From Patescibacteria group bacterium (GTDB lineage: Bacteria; Patescibacteriota; Patescibacteriia; PEXW01), in assembly GCA_038065235.1 (NCBI GenBank), contig JBBTRK010000014.1, positions 16,629 through 80,628 of the forward strand: DNA of 64,000 nucleotides, read 5' to 3'. The position numbers and the translations under genes were made by a program. Position 1 is the first letter of the stretch. Each line of letters opens with the position of its first letter. Below are positions 1 to 8,517 of this stretch, piece after piece. The notes under the pieces are model-generated. The model saw only the letters and a list, made by a program, of their open reading frames with translations, searched no databases and had not been told where the DNA came from.

Positions 1-632
1 ACATTGCTATCTGCAGTACGCTGCTTCTGCAGTTCCACAACCACGTCGTAGGTCGCCGGGATATTCGCGGTGATTTCATCGATCTTCAAGGAGTCCCGAA
101 CGATAGCCGCGACATCAAGCCCTTTCGGCCGACACGGTGGCAAGGCGTCGGTGAGAGATTTGAATTTTTCAAAGTCTTTCAGTTGGTCAGCAACACAAAT
201 GGGAAGTGCCTGCACGCGAGCGACCAGGCGCTCCTGCGCGGCAATTGGGAGCTGTCGCTTAACGTCCTGCAGCGGGATTATGAAGTTTGTCGTCGAAAGC
301 GACGTCCGACTATGCAGCAGATCGAATGCGACATCAAGCCCACGCTCCAGCTGCTGCTGGAGGAACGATGCCGACAGTGTCCCTTGTGCAATTGCCACCA
401 GGTCATTCGGCGTAAGCGGCGCTTTCTCTAGTACATTGTCAGTCACCATCTTCTCTGCAACTATTTCGGGCAATGCCTCAACGAGCAGCCGATCGTAGAC
501 CCGCGTTTCACGCAAGCCTGCTTTCCATGGCGCACTCGAAAGCAGTGACGTCCGAATCCCCCAGCCGAGGAGGACCACGACACCGACAATTGTACTAATC
601 AAAATGAGTAAAACTCCTAGAACTTTGCGCAT
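1..632 (-). CDS. Hypothetical membrane-anchored protein, partial; extends past the window start
   Basis: Reverse-strand ATG at 632-630 opens a frame with no stop down to position 1 (~210 codons). The product starts MRKVLGVLLILISTIVGVVVLLGWG, an N-terminal TM helix. It is absent from the ORF track because it has no in-window stop. Plus-strand ORFs 70..498 and 183..431 overlap it and are taken as spurious. Confidence 0.45.
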   Translation of the reverse strand, partial: MRKVLGVLLILISTIVGVVVLLGWGIRTSLLSSAPWKAGLRETRVYDRLLVEALPEIVAEKMVTDNVLEKAPLTPNDLVAIAQGTLSASFLQQQLERGLDVAFDLLHSRTSLSTTNFIIPLQDVKRQLPIAAQERLVARVQALPICVADQLKDFEKFKSLTDALPPCRPKGLDVAAIVRDSLKIDEITANIPATYDVVVELQKQRTADSN

Positions 633-660
633 GGGTACAGTGTATCGCGCACGCGATGCC

Positions 661-689
661 TTGACTAGCTGCGGGTTTTTCGCTAGAGT
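661..689 (+). promoter_or_regulatory. Sigma70-like promoter TTGACT-N17-TAGAGT upstream of the 730..1452 gene
   Basis: TTGACT at 661-666, a 17-nt spacer, TAGAGT at 684-689; about 40 nt upstream of the ATG, with AAGGA 8 nt before the start. Confidence 0.4.
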
Positions 690-729
690 GTACTGAAAAT
701 CCAAAAAATATAAAACATAAAGGACACAC

Positions 730-1452
730 ATGCTTCAACCCCTGCTCATTACCATTGCTTTCACTTGCACGACACCTGAACTCGCTGGTACGCAGTTAAA
801 CACAACACACGGATCTGCTGCAACCAGACAGCTCGAACAAATCTCCAGGTCAGATAGCACTGCCTGGACAACGCTTGGAACACTGTTTGCAAACCGCATA
901 TTCATGATGGAGTCTACGAATAAGCGTCAGGATGCAGATTCTGCGCTGTTCTACTTCCGCAAAGCTCAGGCAGTTTGCCCGAATAACCCCGTGATTGCCG
1001 CCTACATTGCCGTTGCCACTGGGCTCCGCGCAAAAGAAGATGGGTTCTGGCGAAAAATCACCGGGAAAACCGAAAACCAAGCACTTGGCGCATTCGCGCT
1101 CATGGATACGATCCGCCAGCAGAATCCGAAAAATCTGGCGGTGCAATTCCTAAGCGCATGCTTGTTCCGAGATGCACCAAAGCAGTTCGATTCTGCCCGG
1201 GCGTACCACCAAAAGAGTTACGATACGTTCCATGCCCTGCACAGTATTGCGCTCAGCGGTACGGTACGACAGTTCTTTACGCCTGACGTGCACGGACATA
1301 TCCTGCTGAGTCTTGCAAACCTCGTGGGGAAACTCGAGGCGAGCCAAGATGCAGACATGCTCTCGTGTCAGTACATTACCCAGCTCTTGGCGCACTTCCC
1401 AAACTCCCCCGCTGCCGAGTACGCGAGGGATAAAAAATTGCAGTGCGAGTGA
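730..1452 (+). CDS. Hypothetical protein with a hydrophobic N-terminus
   Basis: Complete 240-aa ORF preceded by a promoter-like element; I recognise no family motif. Confidence 0.5.
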   Translation: MLQPLLITIAFTCTTPELAGTQLNTTHGSAATRQLEQISRSDSTAWTTLGTLFANRIFMMESTNKRQDADSALFYFRKAQAVCPNNPVIAAYIAVATGLRAKEDGFWRKITGKTENQALGAFALMDTIRQQNPKNLAVQFLSACLFRDAPKQFDSARAYHQKSYDTFHALHSIALSGTVRQFFTPDVHGHILLSLANLVGKLEASQDADMLSCQYITQLLAHFPNSPAAEYARDKKLQCE

Positions 1453-1490
1453 ACACGAAACCTGTAGCGCTTACCGATTTACGGTGGGCG

Positions 1491-2987
1491 CTATTTTTTT
1501 ACCCGAAACTTCTCGGTGACGTTGAAACCCAGGTACTTCCCCAGCATGAGCCGTGTGAGTGCTTCAGTGGCAGGGATGGCGCCAAAGCCTATCATGGTGA
1601 CCGGAAAAATTACCCACTGCAAGAACATGACCACCCAGTGCCACCGCGGTACGGCTGCCGGGCGCGGCGGAAGCAAGGTCATGCTTAATATTGCTGAGGC
1701 AACCAAACCAATCATGGAAACGGTCATCATGATGGAAAGAATGTGTGGGGTGTTCTGCGTGATTGCCGAAGTAAGGTGCTGGTGGTTTGCAACGGCAATC
1801 GGTAGCCGACCCAGGATGAAAATAAGGATTGGGGCGGTGCACCACGAGAATGATCCTTCGAGCTGGTTGAAGAGGTAGCGAAATTTCTTCAGGAAAGGAA
1901 TCGCCTTATTCCCCCAAAAGTGCCACACCATGAAGGGGAAATTCTCTATCCCATACGCCCAGCGCCGCTGCTGTGCGTACTGGTTCTTCAAACTCTGCCA
2001 AATTGACTGGCTCATCACCGTATCCATAGCCAGCGGGATGAAGAGCGGCACGACGCGGTAGTTACCGTCGTACTCCACGAAGCCTTGCACGAAGATGCGG
2101 CTATCCTCGGTGACGATGTCACTCTGCCAGAAGCCGACGTCCACTAATGCTTGGAACGGCATAGAGTGCGAGGAGAAGGTGAAGAGCCGTTCGGGCCGCA
2201 TCTGCTCGGTCATCAACCAGAAGGTGGTGGACATAGCCACCACGCGCATGAGGAACGGTGACTCCCACACGTTATTGCTGTACACCGCCAAAGGCTGGTA
2301 GCTTGCCCGGGTCGGGTTTGGCACGGTGAGGTAGTGGTACGTGAGGCAGGCCAGGTACTGCGGGTGCACGACCGTGTCCACGTCGAGACTGGAGACGACG
2401 ATTTTCTCATACGGAATTTTCAACTCGTCAATGAGGTCTTTCGCGAGTCGTCCTGCATATGCGGTGTTCGAACCTTTGCCCGCCACTTCACCAGCAACGT
2501 CCTGCGGGTGCTCGGTCACGAGGAAACGGAAGAACGATTTGCCGTACTTCGCCTCCATAGTGGCGGCAATGGTACGGAAGTGCTGCGCATCCTTGGCTTC
2601 GCCGCACAGCACGACGAAGAGCTTGTCAGTGGGGTACTGTACGTTGGTCAAACTCTCCAGGCTCTGGTTCACCACCGCTTCCGACTCTTTGTAGGTCGGC
2701 AGAAAAATGAGGTGAATGATATCGTCATAGCCTGGGAGCACCTTCACCATCCCTGACCAATCACGCTGACTCTCAAAACGGAATCGACGGTAGGACGTGA
2801 GCAAGAAAACGAGGAGGTAGCTTATACGAATGAGCCACAGCGCATCGAAAATAATAATGAAACTAATTACCCAAAGCGGCTTGGCAAATGAGAGTGCAAT
2901 GGCCAAGACAAACGCGAGCCAGACGAGTGCGCCGGGGATGATTTCCAGGGTTCGGTAGAGACGGTAGGCGGAACGTTTGGAGAGCAT
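1491..2987 (-). CDS. Processive family-2 glycosyltransferase (cellulose/chitin/hyaluronan-synthase-like), multi-TM
   Basis: 498 aa. QxxRW motif (YAQQRRWAYG). DxD-type acidic motifs upstream (SSLDVDTV, TEDS). N- and C-terminal TM segments. Confidence 0.75.
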   Translation of the reverse strand: MLSKRSAYRLYRTLEIIPGALVWLAFVLAIALSFAKPLWVISFIIIFDALWLIRISYLLVFLLTSYRRFRFESQRDWSGMVKVLPGYDDIIHLIFLPTYKESEAVVNQSLESLTNVQYPTDKLFVVLCGEAKDAQHFRTIAATMEAKYGKSFFRFLVTEHPQDVAGEVAGKGSNTAYAGRLAKDLIDELKIPYEKIVVSSLDVDTVVHPQYLACLTYHYLTVPNPTRASYQPLAVYSNNVWESPFLMRVVAMSTTFWLMTEQMRPERLFTFSSHSMPFQALVDVGFWQSDIVTEDSRIFVQGFVEYDGNYRVVPLFIPLAMDTVMSQSIWQSLKNQYAQQRRWAYGIENFPFMVWHFWGNKAIPFLKKFRYLFNQLEGSFSWCTAPILIFILGRLPIAVANHQHLTSAITQNTPHILSIMMTVSMIGLVASAILSMTLLPPRPAAVPRWHWVVMFLQWVIFPVTMIGFGAIPATEALTRLMLGKYLGFNVTEKFRVKK

Positions 2988-3052
2988 AAGGGAGCGGCAC
3001 TGTACCCTGGTGCCGAGTCAATCGTCAACTGCTCACAGGTGAACGTTGGGCT

Positions 3053-3484
3053 TTACTGGTACGTGAAGCCTTCAACCAAGGTCGAGCTCGGGGCGCTTGG
3101 AGCCTGCAGGGAAACATCGACCTTCTGCCCCTTCGTGCCAGCTGGGGTCGTGGCAGTCATTTCGGTCTTACTTATAATCTTCACATCCTTCGCTTCCATA
3201 GTACCGAATAGGAGCTTCGGTGTTCCGATGAAGTTCTCGCCGGTAATTTTCACCTCTGTTCCGCCTGCGGCTGGCCCCTTGCTCGGCGTGACGATCAAGA
3301 GCAAGCCTGGATTCGGCTGCGTAAGATTAGGGTTCGCACTGATGTTGGTGGCAGGGCTATTCGTGTTGGCATTTGAATTCTTATCCTTCATTAGCACATA
3401 CGCGGCAATGAACGCCACCCCCACAAGTGCAACACTGAGGACAAAGATTTTTACGCTTCGTGGTTGCATACCTGCATGATACAC
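3053..3484 (-). CDS. Membrane-anchored IPT/TIG domain protein
   Basis: N-terminal TM (IFVLSVALVGVAFIAAYVL). GGTEVKITGENFIGTPKLLFG... matches the IPT/TIG consensus. Chosen over the overlapping plus-strand ORF 3039..3479. Confidence 0.55.
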   Translation of the reverse strand: MYHAGMQPRSVKIFVLSVALVGVAFIAAYVLMKDKNSNANTNSPATNISANPNLTQPNPGLLLIVTPSKGPAAGGTEVKITGENFIGTPKLLFGTMEAKDVKIISKTEMTATTPAGTKGQKVDVSLQAPSAPSSTLVEGFTYQ

Positions 3485-3811
3485 CTAGAAGTAATAGTCC
3501 ACCAAGTACTGCTGCAGTTTCTGGTCGAATGTGGCCTTTGCAGCTTCGGCGCGTTCGAGTTGCGCTTTGGTCAAATCTGTAGGGAAAGCGAAAGTGAAAA
3601 TGAGGTTCTTGTTCGGATCCTGGATATACCAAAGCTCGGCTTTCAGTTCATTCCCTGATCCAGCAGGAAGAATGTACCGCTTAGTCTCTGATTCCAGGGC
3701 TGCCCTAACTACGTCAACCGATGGTACTTCTTTCTGCGTCAAACCTGCCACCTCGGCGTAGAGGTTGTAAATTGCAGTCACAATATCCTGCCGAAGGTCG
3801 TAGAGAATCAT
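3485..3811 (-). CDS. Hypothetical protein in the xse operon
   Basis: 108 aa. Abuts the IPT gene and overlaps xseB by 4 bp (translational coupling). Confidence 0.45.
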   Translation of the reverse strand: MILYDLRQDIVTAIYNLYAEVAGLTQKEVPSVDVVRAALESETKRYILPAGSGNELKAELWYIQDPNKNLIFTFAFPTDLTKAQLERAEAAKATFDQKLQQYLVDYYF

Positions 3812-4062
3812 GCGCTAGCCTCCTCGGTGTGCTTGTACTTGGCTTTGATGGTTTCCACTTTCTGCTCTACCGTCTTCAACCGGTCCTTAAGCTGTTTTGC
3901 TAACGCCATGCCCCGCTCGAAGTCGGCCAGGCCTTGCTCCACATCGAATGCGCCAGACTCAAATTTCCGCGCGAGTGCTTCCAGCTCGGCGAAATCAGTG
4001 GCAAAACTTGACTTTGCTTTCTTGGGCATAGGATTAGTCGACAGTGGAGTGAATGGTGCCAC
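3808..4062 (-). CDS. xseB: Exodeoxyribonuclease VII small subunit
   Basis: 84 aa. Helical segment FAELEALARKFESGAFDVEQGLADFERGMALAKQLKDRLK is typical of XseB. Overlaps xseA. Confidence 0.85.
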   Translation of the reverse strand: MAPFTPLSTNPMPKKAKSSFATDFAELEALARKFESGAFDVEQGLADFERGMALAKQLKDRLKTVEQKVETIKAKYKHTEEASA

Positions 4063-5191
4063 GCTTCAGCCGGGTTTGCAAGCGGCTCCCCTGCCCGACG
4101 TCGTGGGCATCACGGACGACCTTGCCTTCATGTAAGGTTAGGGAATACCCCCGGCCGAGCGTCGCAGTAGGAGAAAGTGACGATACGAGTTTCGCGGCAT
4201 TAGCCAACCCGACGCGTGAGTGCTCCAGGGCAAACGTGAATGACTGCAAGAGTTGCTGGCCGAGCAGTTGAATACGTTGCGCCGTCCCCTGCACCACATC
4301 GGCCAAGTCACGGGTGAGGTGGTGGAGCCGGTCGTAAAGCTCGCCGAGCACTTGGCGCCAACCGTCGTCCATCGTGTCACGGAGCCCAATCACGTCAGCT
4401 AGAATTTGCTCTTGATCGGGACTGACGATTTCGGCGGCATTACTCGGCGTCGCAGCACGAACGTCCGCGACGAGGTCAGCAATGGTCCAGTCTCGCTCGT
4501 GCCCAACACCGCAGACTATTGGCAAAGTACAGGAAAACATTGCGCGCGCGACGAGCTCGCTGTTAAAGGCCTGCAAATCTTCCAGGCTCCCACCCCCGCG
4601 CGTCAATATGACCACGTCGAGACTATACTTTCCACAGTGCTGCAGAGCTTGTACTATGCTGGCAATTGCGCCGGCACCTTGCACGCCTACGGGAAAAAAA
4701 ACGACCGTCGCAAACGGCCAACGATTCTTGAGGACGCGGAGAACATCTGTCCGTGCCGCTGCGTCTTTCGAGGTCACTAAACCAATGCGTTCTGGAAACA
4801 CTGGAATAGCGCGTTTGCGCTCTGGGGCGAACAACCCTTCGGCTTCCAATTTCTTCTTGGTTTTCTCCAATACCTGTTGCAATGCACCTTGGCCAACGAG
4901 TTCCACTTTCGAGACGCGCAAGTGCAATCCCCCGTTCTTCACGAAGACGGACGGGGTACCAGTAACGCGCACGGCCATGCCGTCTGCTAAGTCGCACTCG
5001 AGTTCGTGCGCTAGCATGAAGCAACGTAAGCGGCTGCCTGCATCTTTTATTTCAAAAAAGACCAACGTCTCGCGGCTCAAACCCCGAAAGTCCGCGACCT
5101 CGCCTTCAACCACAACTTCCCCCAACCGGCCCAAGTGGACTTTGAGGGTTTGAACGAATTCCGAAACGGAAAAGATCGGCTGGTCGGGCAT
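4034..5191 (-). CDS. xseA: Exodeoxyribonuclease VII large subunit
   Basis: 385 aa. N-terminal OB fold (SVSEFVQTLKVHL...VVVEGEVADF). Central catalytic region (GLFAPERKRAIPVFPERIGLVTS...ILTRGGGSLEDL). Confidence 0.9.
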   Translation of the reverse strand: MPDQPIFSVSEFVQTLKVHLGRLGEVVVEGEVADFRGLSRETLVFFEIKDAGSRLRCFMLAHELECDLADGMAVRVTGTPSVFVKNGGLHLRVSKVELVGQGALQQVLEKTKKKLEAEGLFAPERKRAIPVFPERIGLVTSKDAAARTDVLRVLKNRWPFATVVFFPVGVQGAGAIASIVQALQHCGKYSLDVVILTRGGGSLEDLQAFNSELVARAMFSCTLPIVCGVGHERDWTIADLVADVRAATPSNAAEIVSPDQEQILADVIGLRDTMDDGWRQVLGELYDRLHHLTRDLADVVQGTAQRIQLLGQQLLQSFTFALEHSRVGLANAAKLVSSLSPTATLGRGYSLTLHEGKVVRDAHDVGQGSRLQTRLKRGTIHSTVD

Positions 5192-5197
5192 AATTTT

Positions 5198-6160
5198 CTA
5201 TTGTATCTTCAAAAAGTGACTATCAATCCAGTCTAAATACCGGGCAGCGATGTCGGGTTTTTTCAGCATGTACTGGTATGCAACGAGAATGAGTGCTGCT
5301 TCAATTAAATATGCGTATACAGTCTTATCATCAGGCATGGAATAGTACGGCGTTGCAGCTTTCAAAAAAGCTTGACCTAGCGCTTCGCCACCAAGCGCAA
5401 AAACATCAGCGGCTGGCCGAGTAATATTCACCAACGGATCCACTGCAAGCCAGTGTTCTTTAAATTGATAAATGTCCAAGAATTCAATACTGTCGTCAAA
5501 AATGAGGATATTTCCAGCGTGATTATCAATAGCAACCTGCATTTTGGCAGAATCGTACGCACGTACGTACGGATCATCGGCAATTTTCTCTAACGCCTGA
5601 AGAACATTTTGAACGTACATTACTGGCAGCTGCTCCGGGACCATTGCGCACCATTCTCGTAAATCCTGCAATCGGAGCAAGTAGAGCTCCCGCCATGGCC
5701 TCTTAAACGTTGGGATTGTTGCTGCCTTCAACAAAGTTAAGTTGTGTAAACGCGTCATCATTGTATCTGCAACCTTACCCACTATCACTGCATTAGCCTT
5801 GCCTTGTAACAAGGTATGGTGCAGATTCTTTTCTACATCAACTTTCGCCATGACAATAGAAAAATCTTCTGCTTCGGCCATGGGGCATACTTGCCAAACC
5901 CCATCTACTTGCTTGGCGCCTTCGAGATGAAGATATATCTCGGGACACATCAAATTGTTCCATACAAAATCTTCTTGCACGAATTTCCTACGAAAAACTG
6001 GATCATCTAGCCTCCCTACAAAGCCATTGTCATATCGGTATACTTTGCGGGCAAACGTTTTATACAAAAAAACTTTCGAAATGACCGAATCCACGGTTTT
6101 CACGCACGAATCATCTATGCCAACAACACTATTTTTTTCTAGAGCCTCAAAATACGTCAT
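5198..6160 (-). CDS. Protein-kinase-like-fold phosphotransferase (putative), AT-rich gene
   Basis: 320 aa. Catalytic-loop-like IDNHAGNIL (D-x4-N) followed by IFDDSIEF (a DFG-like position). GC is visibly lower than the flanks. Overlaps the next gene by 4 bp. Confidence 0.5.
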   Translation of the reverse strand: MTYFEALEKNSVVGIDDSCVKTVDSVISKVFLYKTFARKVYRYDNGFVGRLDDPVFRRKFVQEDFVWNNLMCPEIYLHLEGAKQVDGVWQVCPMAEAEDFSIVMAKVDVEKNLHHTLLQGKANAVIVGKVADTMMTRLHNLTLLKAATIPTFKRPWRELYLLRLQDLREWCAMVPEQLPVMYVQNVLQALEKIADDPYVRAYDSAKMQVAIDNHAGNILIFDDSIEFLDIYQFKEHWLAVDPLVNITRPAADVFALGGEALGQAFLKAATPYYSMPDDKTVYAYLIEAALILVAYQYMLKKPDIAARYLDWIDSHFLKIQ

Positions 6161-6954
6161 TTGCCTATTAAAAGTGTACGGGTTCGACGGTCAAATCCTA
6201 CCTGTTTTTGTTCACCCCGAAAATAAATCTGCAATTCAACTTGGTCTTGATTGTTTTCTTCAGAAGCAAGGACTTCAATTTCTATTAGTTCACCATGTTT
6301 AAGTGGTTCCTCGCCACGTTCAGATAAATTAAATACTTTCTCACTAAGCTGCCCAAGGAGTTCAAAGTGTGACACACCAATAATATGGGGCTTTTGTAAC
6401 TCTTTATGTTTATGCACAACGTTAAAAGCGCGTATTGTATACTCCAAATTCTTAAAAAAACGCTTCTCTACCTCACTTCTAGGCTCATAGATCGTTGCAT
6501 CTTCAAAGCGTTGATCATGCAAGTAAGCACGATCCACACCGCGTACGGGAGCTTCTTCTTTATGCGTATTCTTGTTTTCTGCGAGCATTTCTTCAAATAT
6601 TTCTTTGGCTCGCTCACGATCGCGCAATTGCATCGCGGTCATACTGGGTTGAATCTTCACTTCTTTAGAATAACCAATCTTCTCTTTAATAATGTCTGCA
6701 GAACCACGTGCTCGCGCTTTATCGGAGCTTACTATTATTGGCTCCTCTTCGTGCCGTAAACCTCGTGCTATTTGCTCAGCACTCTTTTCTATTGTCGCTT
6801 TCCCTTCAACGGTGAGGTCTGGATATTCATCCGTATACTCGGTTTGTCCGTGCCGAAGCAAGGTAATGCGTCCTAACTCAACCAAATGCTCTTGCTCTTT
6901 TGATTCAGCATCCGGCAATTGTCCTGAGCTATGTGGATCACCTTCTCTATACAT
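6157..6954 (-). CDS. Histidine phosphatase superfamily protein (phosphoglycerate-mutase-like branch)
   Basis: 265 aa. RHG motif LLRHGQTEY near the N-terminus of the fold. AT-rich. Confidence 0.65.
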   Translation of the reverse strand: MYREGDPHSSGQLPDAESKEQEHLVELGRITLLRHGQTEYTDEYPDLTVEGKATIEKSAEQIARGLRHEEEPIIVSSDKARARGSADIIKEKIGYSKEVKIQPSMTAMQLRDRERAKEIFEEMLAENKNTHKEEAPVRGVDRAYLHDQRFEDATIYEPRSEVEKRFFKNLEYTIRAFNVVHKHKELQKPHIIGVSHFELLGQLSEKVFNLSERGEEPLKHGELIEIEVLASEENNQDQVELQIYFRGEQKQVGFDRRTRTLLIGK

Positions 6955-6967
6955 ATACTTTTGCTCG

Positions 6968-7885
6968 TTACCTTCCCCCCGCCATCAACCACGCCCCTAA
7001 GGCCGGGCGCAGCTTGGGTTTTACAAACTGCACTTTCGGTGCAACCTGTTTCACCGCCACTCGGAAGTACGTTGGCAAAATAATTGGACACTTAAAAATC
7101 CCACCAACGGTAACGAGGGGGAAGACCTTTCGCTGCAATCCACTCTTTTTAATAACCGTGATGGCGAGTAAAGCCAGCTCAATAGCTGCATGAACGAGAA
7201 TATTTTTCGCAACGTGGTCCCCTCTCTCCGCGGCGAATTGCACGTAGGGTGCGAGCGCGGCAATCTGTGGTTTCCCAAATGTTGGTTCGTATACAATACG
7301 CACCAGTGCATCAACGTTACGAATTTTGAAGTGCTTGAGGACGTACGCGGTAAGTAATGTTTTTGGTCCACGACCATCTGCCGCTTTGGTCACGGCGTGA
7401 AGTGCTGCGCTGCCCTGTGCAAACCCCGAGCCTTCATCAGCTAACCGATGTCCGCGTCCGCCAGCCCGCGCAACGCCCTTTGGTCCATGAGCGTACGCAT
7501 TAGAACCAGTACCAGAAATAATCACTGCTGCCTGTTTAGAATCCGTTCCCGAACGCAGGGCAATGACAATGTCATTCACGAGCTTCCAGCCTGGGGCAAA
7601 AATGCCACGAAGTTCTTTGGTGAGCGCGCGGTGCATAATGGAAACATCTTTTGGCGTATCCATCCCGGCCAAACCAATAACTGCCTTATACGGTCGCTTC
7701 CGACCAAGTTGCTTTTCAGCTGCGAGGGCAGCTGCTCTCACATTATTCGCCGCAGATGCTATACCAACTGCATGCGGGTTTGATGGACCGGCCTTTCCCC
7801 AGGCAACGCGTTTCCCAATGCCAAGGAGTGCTTCGGTTTTCGTCCCGCCGCCGTCAATGCCGAGGAACCATTGCTGCTGTTGCAT
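6968..7885 (-). CDS. BadF/BadG/BcrA/BcrD-type ATPase / N-acetylglucosamine-kinase-like (ASKHA superfamily)
   Basis: 305 aa. N-terminal phosphate-1 motif LGIDGGGTKTE. GTGSNAY and DEGSGF motifs. Confidence 0.75.
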   Translation of the reverse strand: MQQQQWFLGIDGGGTKTEALLGIGKRVAWGKAGPSNPHAVGIASAANNVRAAALAAEKQLGRKRPYKAVIGLAGMDTPKDVSIMHRALTKELRGIFAPGWKLVNDIVIALRSGTDSKQAAVIISGTGSNAYAHGPKGVARAGGRGHRLADEGSGFAQGSAALHAVTKAADGRGPKTLLTAYVLKHFKIRNVDALVRIVYEPTFGKPQIAALAPYVQFAAERGDHVAKNILVHAAIELALLAITVIKKSGLQRKVFPLVTVGGIFKCPIILPTYFRVAVKQVAPKVQFVKPKLRPALGAWLMAGGR

Positions 7886-7912
7886 ACCAGTAGTGTAGCA
7901 CCTGTGGAATTG

Positions 7913-7955
7913 ATCAAAAAAAGACGGACGTACCTTGGTAGATACGTCCGTTGTT
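7913..7955 (-). terminator. Rho-independent terminator (minus strand)
   Basis: Minus-strand read: AACGGACGTA-tctaccaagg-TACGTCCGT (9-bp stem), followed by CTTTTTTTGATC. Confidence 0.6.
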
Positions 7956-8390
7956 GAAATCGGCAGGTCGATACATCAGCCAGTAAAGGCTTGAAGAGTG
8001 GGCAGGCAAACCAGTCTGCTAGAGCGGCATAGATACAAGATCGATGAGCGTTAGGCTGGTTCAGTTACGAACGAGCAAGCTTCGATCGGGTGCACGGAGT
8101 TAGTACTCTCTACGTGCGTTCAGTGGTGCTCTAGGAACATTGCTTCACCGAAGTGAAGGATGCGGGATTGCTGTAGCAGCTACGATGTACCTGTTAACAG
8201 GTGTGTGGCCAAATTAATGGTCAATTGCTGCGCCCTTCATGTTGAGGACTCTACCGAGTTTTCAAAGCACTGAGCCATGTTTCTTTCGGAAGACAATCAT
8301 ACTCGATGCTTCAGACGTGGTCAAGGCACAATATCCACATTTCTAGCATTTTTGTACCTGGTAGAATTTTAAAAAGCTTATTTCTTGGCT
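7956..8390 (-). ncRNA. Candidate structured ncRNA or long cis-regulatory leader (class unresolved; RNase P RNA considered)
   Basis: ~430 bp with stops in all six frames. Contains a UUCG-tetraloop hairpin (CCTTCAC-TTCG-GTGAAG), and the AGAGCACCAC tract loosely resembles RNase P CR-IV (see finding). A TAAAAT -10-like box lies near 8370 on the minus strand. Ends in the intrinsic terminator at 7913-7955. Confidence 0.3.
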
Positions 8391-8421
8391 AACGGTAGCG
8401 GTATAAGTTATCCACACCCCT

Positions 8422-8434
8422 AAACACGTTGTTT
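8422..8434 (+). promoter_or_regulatory. Palindrome AAACA-CGT-TGTTT upstream of lexA (candidate SOS/LexA box)
   Basis: Perfect 5-bp inverted arms, 3-nt spacer, ~45 bp upstream of the putative lexA -35. Confidence 0.25.
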
Positions 8435-8477
8435 CTTCTGTCACCGTAAAAATGGCGAATATTTAAGTAAATAAACC

Positions 8478-8506
8478 TTGAACTTCGGCTTTCCTTCGGG
8501 TATACT
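8478..8506 (+). promoter_or_regulatory. Putative lexA promoter TTGAAC-N17-TATACT (near-leaderless)
   Basis: -10 TATACT ends 11 nt before the ATG at 8518. Confidence 0.4.
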
Positions 8507-8517
8507 CCCCTGCACCT

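Noticed and set aside
70-498. Plus-strand ORFs 70..498 and 183..431
   Set aside because: They overlap each other and a longer minus-strand open frame (1..632) that begins with a plausible TM-containing N-terminus. They are treated as shadow ORFs, with moderate confidence only.
4482-5153. 223-aa plus-strand ORF
   Set aside because: It is antisense to xseA, which has unambiguous homology. It is a shadow ORF of a GC-rich gene.
7956-8390. tmRNA (ssrA) as the identity of the ORF-free structured region
   Set aside because: There is no tRNA-like acceptor/T-arm (GGGG...UUCGAC at the 5' end, GGUUCGAUUCC...CCA at the 3' end) and no ...ALAA-type tag reading frame. RNase P RNA or a riboswitch leader remain possible.
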